Assembly (NCBI GenBank): GCA_024679065.1
Contig: JAGIQG010000023.1
Coordinates: 10,230,001 to 10,294,000, forward strand
Reading direction: 5' to 3'
Source of the DNA: Sphyrna mokarran
Taxonomy: Eukaryota
Length of the DNA: 64,000 nucleotides
The notes beneath the pieces were generated by a model that worked only from the letters and a program-made list of their open reading frames with translations, made no database searches and was not told the DNA's origin. Both the position numbers and the translations under genes were made by a program. Below are positions 25,731 to 36,625 of the stretch, in pieces (the first letter of the stretch is position 1; each line of letters begins with the position of its first letter).

Positions 25731-26324
25731 GGAAAAAAAATGTTTTGATTTGATTCAGTGCTATTTGGGAGTGCTCATCTGGTAAACACTTGCTGTACCA
25801 GAAAATTAGCTGTCACTTTAGCTGTGTTGTTAAGGATGGGGAATGCTTTAACTCATTGACTGGAAGTGTCAGTTATTATCAGGATACATTGGTATCCTCC
25901 CTGACATGGTAGTAAAGGACCAACATCATCGATCTGCAAATTAATCTATGATCCTTCAATTGCTCCTGTATGCCTCAATTTCCCTTTACTTTGTTACTTT
26001 GAACATTAGTTTGAAGACATACTCAATAATTGTCTACATAATGCTTTATGTCTTTAGTCACATTCAGTCACCAGCATCCCTTTAATTAAATTAGCAGTTG
26101 TTTCTGCTCGCGATGACCCTGAACATCATGATATTGGTAAACAATTTGATTACAATCTTGGGTTGGTACCACATACAAACCATTTTTAAGAATAAACCCA
26201 TCCTGTAGTTGAAACTGTGAACTGTGTAGTCTGCAACTTGTGAGCTAAAATTCCAGTGGGGATGGGATGGGAGAATTCCAGCCTCCATACTCACCTGAAT
26301 AACAGTAACAGCATCTTTGTATCG

Positions 26325-26585
26325 TGGGCAGTACGGTGGCACAGTGGTTAGCACCTGAGTTCGATTCCCATCTTGTGTCAGTGTCTGTGTGGAGCTTGTA
26401 TGATCTCCATGTGTCTGCGTGGGGTTTCCTCCAGGTGATCTGACTTCCTCCCACAGTCTGAAAGATGTGCTGGTTAGATGCATTGACACAAAGTGGTGCT
26501 GGAGTGTGTCAACTGAGGGAATTTCACAGTAACTTCATTGCAGTAATAATGCAATCCTTGCTTGTGACTAATAAATAAATAAACA
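26325..26585 (+). mobile_element. tRNA SINE with (TAAA)n tail; related copy at ~54865-55120
   Basis: GGTGGCACAGTGGTTAGCAC head; gtgactaataaataaataaa tail. Confidence 0.75.
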
Positions 26586-27349
26586 TTTTATTTTAACTAT
26601 CTGTTCACCGACTGGACATTGCCATGATTCTCCCTTTTCGAGCACTGTGTTTTGCCAATTCATCTGCTCAAGAATTCCCAATGGGAGAGGTTGTGTGATG
26701 TAGCCCAATGATACCATAATCCCATCCTTTGGCAAAATGAAAAATATATTTTAGCAAAGGTACTGACAGTTGAGGTTTCTCATTCATTGAAACAAAACCT
26801 CTTACTTCCACATGGTAGGAAGTCAGTTCCTCTATCGCAGACATACATGCTATCAGAATATATATATATATATATATCAGCACGGCATGGGAACTTACTA
26901 GGGTGACTAACCACATAAACCACAGCAGTCAGCTCAGCTGCTTGAGCACTCATCCCACTAGATAGTTTTGCAGCTAAATCAACAAGAGCTATTCCTCTGT
27001 CAACCTCAACATAGATCCCACATCCTGTCACTCCTCCACAACAGAGGATCCAGTAACAAAAATATTCAAAGACCATTTTGTGTCTGCCCTCTGCACAATT
27101 ATGTCAGGTATATACCAAATCAAGCAGGCTTCACGGGTCCCCCCCCCCCACTTTATTTTGGCAGAAATGGTTCCTTGGGATCATTTGTTTCCACTACTTA
27201 ACACTCATGAGACTCACCGCTGTAATTTAGATTGTCAACTCAGAAACTAGGCAATTTAGTCCATTTGGCTGTAATATCTTAATCCTGAAGCATTAAAGTC
27301 CAATGTGCTTTACAGATTGGACTGATCTTAGCAACTGAGTATGTGACAA

Positions 27350-28728
27350 AGAAACTGAGAGACCATGTTGACTACAGTTCCTCACACCCCACATCCTGTA
27401 AGGAGCCCATCCCATTCTCTCAGTTCCTTCGCCTCCGCCTCATCTGCTCAGATGATGCCACTTCCCAAAATAGACCTGCCAATATGTCTTCCTTCTTCCT
27501 CAATCGTGTTTTTCCATCCACTGTGGTGGACAGGGTCTCAACCATGTCCAGTTCATTCCCTGGGCTACTGCTCTCCCATCCTTTCCCATCCCTCCCAAAA
27601 CCAGGATAGGGTCCCCATTGTCCTCACTTTTCACTCCACTAGCCTCCACATTCAAAGGATTATCGTCCATCATTTCCGCCAACTCCAGTAGGATGCTACT
27701 CCTCAACACGTCTTCCCCTCATATCACCCCCAACACCATCAGCATTCCACAAGGATCCCTCTCTCTGGGACACATGGGTTCTCTCCTCCGTCACACCCAA
27801 CACCTCACCCGCTGCCCACGGAACCATACCGTGCAACCATAGAAGATACAACACCTGCTCCTTTCCTCCTCTCTGCTCACTGTCCCAGGTCCTAAACACC
27901 CCTTTCAGGTGAAACAGCACTTCACACACACCTCCTCCAATCTGGCCCATTGCATTCACTGCTCTCAACGTGTCTACTCTGCATTGGAGAGCCCAAACGC
28001 AGAGTGAGGGACTACTTTGGGGCACACTTTTGGTCCATCTGCAAATAGAATCCTGACCTTCCCGTCGCTTGCCATTTCAACACACCGCCCTGCTCTCCTG
28101 TCCACATATCCATCCTTGGTCTTTGGCAATGTCCTCGCAAAACCATAATGCCAACTGGAGGAATCTTCCAGTTGGCACTTTACAGCCTTCCGAACAGAAC
28201 ACAGAGTTCAACAATTTCAGAGCATGAACTCTCCTCTCCACCTTCACTCCTTTCCTATTTACTTCATTCAATTTCATCTCCTTCATCCATTTTATCATCC
28301 TTCTTTTTCACTTCTATTTTTCCACAGCTCCATTCCAGCTCTCCTTCTTTCTCCCTTTACTCCCCCACCCATTTCAGTGAAACTGTCACATTCCTCAGGC
28401 TGTCCTTTAACAATCTGTGCCTCTGCTCCACCATTCTCACATTCTGATCACTGAATGGACATTCTTAGCACTTTCTCAGCCTTCTGTACCCTCAGTTACA
28501 TGTCCAGTGTCCAATTCCACACCCCCTGCCCCCAGCACCACCCCAACCCACCCCAATAGTATAAATCCCTGCTCCTTCTCTTTTCTTTTAGCTCTGATGA
28601 ACCATCATTTAGACTCGAAACATTGGCTCTATTCTCTCCTCACAGATGCTATCAGACCTGCTGAGATTAACCAGAATTTTCTGTTTTTGTCTCAGATTCC
28701 AGCACCCCTAGTATTTTGCTTTTATCTT
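27350..28728 (+). mobile_element. Penelope-like element remnant (RT C-terminus, GIY-YIG region and 3' repeat)
   Basis: HPTSCKEPIPFSQFLRLRLICS..; PIVLTFH..IQRII; degenerate CxxC/IGE endonuclease region; CTGATGA..GAAAC in the tail. Confidence 0.8.
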
Positions 28729-31139
28729 GCAGTGTGGGAGTCTGTTTCATTGTTGTCTGGGGATTACTGTTTTTCAAATCAATGGAGTTCATTTATTTAA
28801 CTCTCTCTGCCATCAACTCCAAGAACTCAGTCTCCAAGAACAATCCGGTTCCCTAACTAGCCAAATTGATGAATTGTTTGTGGAAACTCCTGGTCATAAA
28901 GCTCCCTGTTGTAGCAGACTCGTGATTATTTTTGTAATCTCCCCTTCAGCTTGTTTATGAGAAACCGCACTATCTTCGAAGTTTTGGTTCAGATTATCAT
29001 TAGTTCTCCTCTCATTCGACCACAGTCACACTTATGCGTCACAAATGCAGTTGCATGTTCAGCAATCATCTTTTATTTTGTTCCATCATCAGATATATTG
29101 GCAGGTTTAAACCAAAACTCCCCAACCCTCCAAATCCTGTCTGCATAAGTCCCTGTGGATATCTGTATTGGTGTTTCATTCACATCAGTTATCTATCAGA
29201 TACAACAATGTGACAGGTCAAAAGACAAATAATATCTGCTGATAAAATTAGAACTCAGAATGTGCTCTGCCATTTGGGAAAGGCAGACTGAAAGAAAAAG
29301 GTGAACATAAACTGCGTCCCCAATTTAAACTCAACCAAGTCCATTTCAAATCTTTCTTGGAAATGTCCTGTAAACTCAAAATAATTGTGCCTTGCTTCTA
29401 CCAGGAAAAAACAATATCTCTGGATGTGTTAAAGGAAGTGCAGGAACTCCCTATTTCTCAAAGGTATTCGGTAGGGTGGCCTTTCACCTCACCTTCTACC
29501 AGGGGTCCCCCAGCACCATCCCTCTTGGCATCACACACCCACACTGGAGAGGCTGGGGGTAGTCATGGTCTCCGATTCAAATCCCCATAGTTGTCGATAA
29601 AGAGAAGCAATCTCCTCCATTTCCCTGACTGGACCCTCCAGTAGCAGGGTGTTGACATTGACTGTCACCCCCCCCCCCCCCCCCCCACTTCCCCCCAGCC
29701 CATCCCCTGCTCCTCCCCCACCATTGTTCTGATGTGGCCTCCAGCCTGGGTTGACCTTGCCGCAGCAACAATGATTATCAATTCTACTAGCTTAATGCCA
29801 ACATGAAAATCACAGTAACTTCTTTGCAGTGTTAATGTAAGCCTAATTGTAACTAATAAACAAGTTTTAATTTACTTTAAGATAATTTCCCCTGTGTGAC
29901 TGACAGTAGGCAGATTGATTACGGTTTCACTTACACAAATTCATTCTGTATTTACCACTTCAGCTACAAATACTCAACATATATCTACATTAGTTGCAAT
30001 AATTACTTCAGCTTACTGTGAAATTCCCCTAGTTGCCACATTCCGGTGCCTGTTCGGGTCAATGCACATAGTACCTGGAGGAAACCCACGCAGACACGGG
30101 GAGAAAGTGCAAACCCCACACAGACTGTGACCCAAGCCGAAACCCGGGTCCTTGACTCTGTGATACAGTAGTGCTAACCACTGTTTCACCCTGTTGCCCC
30201 ATTAATTGGGATTTAAATCTTCAATTTTGCGCAGACATTTGGAGTGGTCTGTTGCACGGGCAGTATTTTCTTTTCCTCCTTGGGGCAAAACTTTTATTGC
30301 AGCCTGCAGGTCGCTGCATTTATGTTTAACATCCTCTACCTATCACAACGAAGCCTCGCTCTCACTGATGGCACGCTGCTCCTTCTGGTAGGCTTTATCA
30401 CATTGGATCTGGAACTGGCACATGTATATCATATTAATCTGGTTCATTTTCTCTCGTGTGCCTACCTCCACTGCGTGTGGTAGCACTCATCCAATCCTGC
30501 TTTTGGTGGATTACCTTGTCTTTTCTGTCCCTTTTAACCCAGATCATTTCCACTTCTCTACCACGGAGCTGTCCTACAACAGGCGATCGCAATCGCCTTA
30601 CTAATTTTGGGAAGCTTTAAACCCACTTCCTTATGGGCATGACTCCAACAACTCTCTCCCCCAGATCCCAGATCTGGTTTGGGGCATCACCCCACTGCAT
30701 CCATTAGGGCCATTTATGGTTCAAATATATACGGAGGAACTCCTTCCAATAGGCATGACTGACCATAATTATTTCCTTTTTAGGTTTGTCACATGGGAAT
30801 GGGTAAGGGATTGGTGTAGGGACCAGTTTACACTAAATTCCTTCCAGTGGATGTAACCCAAACTCCCTGGGCTAACCTAGTACTAGCTCCACAGTTTGTC
30901 CACCTGATGTTACAGGCACTGAGTTTATGGCTCAAATTACTGGTCAAATCTATATTAGTCCTTCACTCACTTAAGACTGGTCTTCATGTAGGGTAACCTG
31001 CCCTCTTAATTCAGGCTCATACCCAGTGTTGGGGAATATGGGGTTGAAGGTTTGACTTCAGAGCAATATATCATTTCTTAGCAAAGGACTATCTTAAATG
31101 TTGTTAAATGTTGTCCCTGTAAAACCTCAGATAAGAATA

Positions 31140-31645
31140 AAACAAAGAACAAAGAAAATTATGGCACAGGATCAGGCCATTCGGCCCTCCAAGCCTGCAC
31201 CGACCATGCTGCCCGACTTAACAAAAAACCCCTACCCTTCTCGGGACCATATCTCTCTATTCTTATCCTATTCATGTATTTATCCAGATGCCCCTTAAAA
31301 TGCATCTTATCTGCTTCCACTACCTCCCCAGGCAGCGAGTTCCAGGCACCCACCACCCAGCTACCTCGTATATCTCCTTTAAACCTTGCCCCTCACGCCT
31401 TAAACCTGTGCCAACTAGTAATTGACTTTTACATCCTGAGAAAAAGCTTCTGATTATCCACTCTGCCCATGCCCTGCATAAACTTGTAGATTTCTATCAA
31501 GTAGCCCCTCAACCTCTGCCGTTCCAGTGAGAACAAACCAAGTTTTTTCCAACCTCATAGATAATGCCCTCCATACCAGGCAACATCCTGATAAATCTTT
31601 TCTGTACTCTCTCCAAAGCCTCCGCATCTCTCTAGTAGAATTGAA
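31140..31645 (-). mobile_element. CR1 LINE 3' fragment (continues at ~32610-32710)
   Basis: VGAWNSLPGEVVEA motif; aaagaac tail. Confidence 0.8.
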
Positions 31646-31651
31646 CATCAT

Positions 31652-32609
31652 GGGCCTGATTTTACTATCTTCATTCTAAGTGCTGAGCCTGGGCACAATT
31701 CAGATCCAAAATCTGGGAAAACAGTTGGTGAATCCCATTCGTGCTGTGGGCGGGGTTTATCGTGCCCAAAACAGTCGGAGCTCTGAGAAAAAAAGTTGAG
31801 AAAGTGCGCCCATGTTAGATCGCTCCCCGGCCGCAGAAAGCAGAGAAAGCAGCGAAAAGTGGGAACAATGGCCCCCGGACACATCACTGTCCCCTTATCC
31901 ATACCCCCACCCCCCCACAACCCAGGCCAATCACAAACCCCTGCACCCCGCCCCCACCAATTGCCCACAAAGTGGCAGTGAACCACCCCCTCCTCCACTA
32001 GTGAATGATTGAGCTTCCCCAGACCTCCCAAGATACGTCTTATCCACCTCCTTCCTCCGCCTTCCCCAGAATGATCTGGCCTCATTCCCACCCCACCCCG
32101 AGGGAACATCTGACTCACCTCCTCCTCACCCCTTCGCCAAGAATGAACAGACCCGCTTCCCTCCTCCAACCAGACAACGATCGGCCCTCCTCCTCAACCA
32201 GACAACAATGAGGACTCACTCCCCCCTGCCCTCCAAGAATGATCTGACCTACCTCCCGCCTCCCCCCCAACACATCTCCCTACCCCCCTCCCACCCCTCC
32301 CCACCACCAATCTGAGTCACAGCGCTGTTGGAAGCTCTGAACTCACCTCTTCAACAGCTGGAGTGCCCGATTCAGACTTTTACTCAACATGTCCAATTTG
32401 GTGCAATTTGAATTGGTGATAAAGGGAAAATGCTGATAAAGTTGGGTGGGCAATTCATTAATTCAATTGAAATGAATGTATTTAAATCGTCGTTAGGCAA
32501 GAATTGAATCACGGCCATTCCTGGGTCTCAGTAAAGTGGTCATTTGCACTGACGCTGGCGCAGATTACATTAATGGCCTCACTTTACCACACAATGGTAA
32601 AATAGACCC
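31652..32609. mobile_element. Non-autonomous TIR element (MITE-like, possibly Harbinger) inserted in CR1
   Basis: Imperfect terminal inverted repeats GGGCCTGATTTTACTAT / ATGGTAAAATAGACCC; CR1 sequence resumes on both sides. Confidence 0.55.
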
Positions 32610-32853
32610 TGTATGTTCTATAAAGCTGCAACATGACTTGCCAATTTTTAAACTCAATACCCTGGCCTATGAAAGCAAGCATGCCATTTGCCTTCTTAAC
32701 TACCTTCCCGACCTTACAACCAGTTTACTTACTCAAAACTTTTACCCCGGTTCCCTTGTTTGCAAGATGGACAGAAGACAAACACAAGTAAAGATTCAAT
32801 AACTTTATTAACAATAATACTATTAACCTTAAATTACCCACATAAAACAAGAG

Positions 32854-33159
32854 GTTTTTATTCCAACTCAATCAAATCAAGTCCAATTCAGAGTGCCAAC
32901 AAGTTGAGACATTCCCCATCCAAGCTGACAAGACAGGGCTCTCACCTCCCATCTTGGGCTTGATTTACATGATCCAAGCTGATTGGAGTAGGCATAGCTC
33001 CTCCTCCTAAGGTTTGATCTAATTTGCATCTTAGCCAAAAGGCCAAAATGCCACTTTTAATAATTACTTCAAATGAATCTGAAATGTAACCTAATGACTT
33101 CAACAAAGCATAGCATATCAATACTACACTTGATCTTAGCCAAAAAGCCAAGAAGTGAA
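32854..33159 (-). mobile_element. U2-headed short retroposon, copy 1
   Basis: U2 nt 1-39 head, unique body, AATAAAAA end, flanked by ATAAAACAAGAG / ATGAAACAAGAG direct repeats. Confidence 0.8.
33121..33159 (-). pseudogene. RNU2: U2 snRNA 5' fragment (nt 1-39)
   Basis: TTCACTTCTTGGCTTTTTGGCTAAGATCAAGTGTAGTAT matches vertebrate U2 ATCGCTTCTCGGCCTTTTGGCTAAGATCAAGTGTAGTAT at 35/39. Confidence 0.88.
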
Positions 33160-33345
33160 ATGAAACAAGAGTTTTTTTTATTTTTTTTATATATGAAGCA
33201 AGAGGTTACCCCAGATTCAAGTGTACTACACGGGAACTTATTTCGGTTAAAGTGCAGGCCCAATTCTCTGAGTCCTTCTGCTCTGTCGTCATGAAGGTGA
33301 ATCTCGATGGCAGCTTCTCCCTTCCTTCCTTCTCTGGTCAGTCTC

Positions 33346-33652
33346 TTTTTTTCATTTATGTCCAATTCACTGCAATCAAAATTCAATTCAAAGTCTCAGC
33401 AAGTAAGACATTCCCGATCCAAGCTGACAAGACAGACATTCCACTTCCTGCCCTGAGATTGATCTACATGATCCAAGCTGATTGGAGCAGGCGTTGCACC
33501 TTCTACAAGACTTGATCTAATTTGCATCTTACCAAAAGAACGAGATGCCACTTTAAAAATTGCTGCAAATGAAGCCTCAGCATAACCTCATGACTTCAAC
33601 AAGTGCAAGATGCTAAAACTATACTTGATTTTGGCCAAAACTTCCAGACGAT
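33346..33652 (-). mobile_element. U2-headed short retroposon, copy 2 (more diverged)
   Basis: Colinear with copy 1 over its full length; starts ATCG, ends in an A-rich tail. Confidence 0.75.
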
Positions 33653-34214
33653 CAAGGTCATCTCCCTCATTGAGACTTCGCTGTTGCTATGTCTGAGAAG
33701 CGTTCTTTTATTCCACCTCCCCCCCCACCCCCCCACCCCCAACTCCACACACACACCCCCCCCTCCCCCCCAACCTTTCCAGATACTTCTCTGGCTTATA
33801 GCCAATGAGGTCTCAGGAGGGAGGTTCCAATACCCAGTGGGACCCCCTCCCCTGACAGGACCTGTCCCCAGGTGTCCATTTCTGTGCTGTTGCTTACATA
33901 GAACTTGTTGCCAGATAAGGTAACTGCAGGAATTCTCAGTGACAGAAAGTCTGGCCTGATCTGGGTTTCTAACAATAGGCCAGAGCGTTTCAATGGGATG
34001 CGATGATCTCCTGTTGGGTATCAGTGCGATGATTATTGATGGGTGATTGAGGGGCCAGGCCCAGACATGTTTCTGAGTATTTGTATATTTGACCTCAGTC
34101 AAGTTTGGTCTGCCTGAGGTTTGACTGTTTGATTTTAATTTGCCTAATTCTTTAGGATATGCAATTTAATCAGCCTTAAAACTAGGCCCTGATTACCACA
34201 CCACTGAGCTCGCT

Positions 34215-34620
34215 GCTGGGTGTCTGAAATGATTCCGATGCAAAAAGATTTAGGGCAACCGTCACCTTAATTCACAGGGAGCGGGTGGTTGCCCCTTCCC
34301 TGAGTTGTCAGGTGATGTGAGTGCCTCACATAGGTGTCGCTCCGTGCTCTTGGAGATCCGCAGCTGGTGACGGCACATCACCTCTGAGAGGGCCTCAAAT
34401 GAATTCCAGGGTCTGCACCTCCTTGCCCTCTGCACCCTCCGCCTTCTGTGCACCCGTTTGGGAGACTGCTCACCCACCTCCTGGCCCTCAGCAGCAGCCC
34501 CCCCCCTTCCTGAGAGACTGGGATTTGCTGCTCCTGCGGTGTTCTCCCCACACTCTCCACCTCCTGAGCTGCCTCCTCCTCCTCTTCATCCGCCACCATA
34601 ATGGAGAATTCCAAATCGAT
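34215..34620 (-). mobile_element. PIF/Harbinger transposase (HARBI1-like) N-terminal remnant
   Basis: RRRRVQRARR..SFEALSEVMCRHQLRISKSTERHLCEAL resembles the Harbinger nuclease N-terminus. Confidence 0.55.
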
Positions 34621-35875
34621 CAGTTCAAGATCTATCTGCATAGTGAGGTTGGGAAAGAGCAAAGAATGACAGATTAATGTCATTGGCTGCACTGACCCAG
34701 CATCACCTCAATCCCTCACTTGGGCCGGTACCCCCACTTGTGGGAGCTGGCAACACCACACAATCCATGGTACCGATTAGGTTGTGTGAAATTTCCATCA
34801 TGACAAATGCTGACACAGATTACACAGGCGGGTGTGCAGCCGTGGGCAATGCGCACTCTTGATCCATTGCTCTGTTACAGGCAGGTGTTGCTGGTCCGTG
34901 TCCCGGGGTAGGGAATCAGCACCAGATGGGTGTCCAGTGACAGCAGATTTCATGCACTCCTTGTCTGAACCTTGGCACTCCGGCCTGGAGCACTAGCTGC
35001 TTATTCTGGTCGGGCCTCAGTCAACACATGGTGCACTCCTCCACCCCTCCCCCTCATTTTCCCCCAGAAGCGCCCTAATCTTTGCCTCAGCAACAACATT
35101 TGTCATTACTGTAAACGCCGGAGGAGGTTTTATTGAGTGAAAGGTACTTTATAAAGAGCAAGTTATTGCTGTTGTTGTTGATTCCATCAATGAGTTAATA
35201 ATAAATAAGTTAATAATTCATTGCCCATATTAAATTGCCCCATTGTGTCAGGGAATTAGCAGGTTAAATATGTAGAGTTACAGAGATAGAGTCTGGGTGG
35301 CATTGTGCAGTCTCAATGAACCAAATGGTCTCTATCTGCACTGTAGGATTCTATGATAAAAGGCATTTTTAAAAAGAGCAAGTTATTGCTGTTGTTGCTG
35401 ATTCCACCAATGGGTTAATAATAAAAAAATGAACATGTTTCTCCACTTAAGGTTGTGGTCAATGAGAGTTCTAACTTTAGATTTACTCAAAATGAAGTTC
35501 TTACCCACTTGTAACAGTTTGTATTCAGAGTTCTGAATTTTCCAAATAGTTCCAATGTTTGATCATTTTTTATTGAGTTCAGAATTCTGTGAGTGACAAC
35601 TTCATTCTAAATAAGCACCAATTTACAGCAATATTCCATTAACTCCTCAAATTCATTAACGGTTGATGAGAAAGGCAAAGAGAGAGATTGAATTGGAAAT
35701 AAATGTGGGTTCATGTTTGCTGCATCTTGCAATGTTCATGGTTTGAAACTGCAAGAAAAATGTGTTGCTATCCTCAGGGTGGGGTGAGATAGAAATCCTG
35801 TGAATGTACAAGAGGTGTTAGATACGAAATGCAGAGCTGTGCTTGCAACAGCAAGAAGATCAGCATTGATACAGC

Positions 35876-36029
35876 ATTTTTTTAAAACTTTATTCCAATC
35901 CAATTCATCTCCTCTCCTGTCTTGGGCTTGATCTACATGATCCAAGCTGATTGGATAGATATAGCTCCTCCTCCAAGGCTTGATCTTAGCCAAAAGGCCA
36001 AGATGTCACTTTAAATAATTGTTTCAAAT
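35876..36029 (-). mobile_element. Same retroposon family, copy 3 (5'-truncated, internal deletions)
   Basis: Shares cttgggcttgatctacatgatccaagctgattgga and cttagccaaaaggccaagat with copy 1. Confidence 0.75.
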
Positions 36030-36199
36030 TTGTTATGGGCAAACAACATGGGGGTTGCTACATTTCTTGAACATCAGATGATTAGGCTGAAGAAGTAATG
36101 ATCAGGGCTCATATCAGCTACACCATGGTGTGAACAAGTTATCCCAGAGAGAGGTATCAGGGAGTGAGTATCAGAAATCAATGGGGCAATTCTCCTAGA

Positions 36200-36625
36200 A
36201 ATAGGAGTAGGAATAGGATTAGGCCAACCAGCCCTTCGAGCCCTCCCTGACATTGAACAAGATTATGGCTGATCTGAAGTGGATCAGTTCTGCTTTCTCC
36301 CCACAACCCTTAATCCCCTTGTCTATCAGAAACCTATCTACCCATGACTTAAATATATTCAGCGGGGTAGCCTCCACCACTTCAATGGGCGGAGAATTCC
36401 AGACACTCACCACTCTCTGAGTGAAGAAGTTCCTCCTCAGCTCCAATCTAAACTACGCCCCCTCTTTTACTTTGAGGCTGTGCCCTCTAGTTCTGCTCCT
36501 TTCTAAGCGGGAAGAATCTCTCTACCTCTACCCTATCTAGCCCCTTCATTATCTTATATGTTTCTATAAGATCCCCCCTCAGTCTTCTAAACTCCAATGA
36601 GCATAGGCCCAGTCACAATTGTTTA
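36200..36625 (-). mobile_element. CR1 LINE 3' fragment
   Basis: ELRRNFFTQRVVSVWNS motif. Confidence 0.8.

Larger units (their letters stand above)
21090..31090 (-). mobile_element. Decayed endogenous retrovirus (gag?-pro-RT-RNaseH-IN-env) with nested insertions
   Basis: Minus-strand remnants in retroviral order: protease (EIGSSCT..HILSSNF, ~29170-29465), RT N-terminus (SLLQQGAL..STNNSSIWLVREPDCSWRL, ~28750-29100), RNase H (SAQAAELTAV..IYSDSMYV, ~26600-27100), integrase (LQIDDVGPL; FHIAYQPQSSGVVERMN) and env. Many stops and frameshifts. Confidence 0.85.

Noticed and set aside
33121-33159. Functional U2 snRNA gene
   Set aside because: Only nt 1-39 are present; there is no Sm site or 3' stem-loops and no recognisable upstream promoter.
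32716-34200. 5' LTR of the retrovirus
   Set aside because: It has LTR-like signals, but I found no matching 3' LTR or primer-binding site, so it cannot be assigned.
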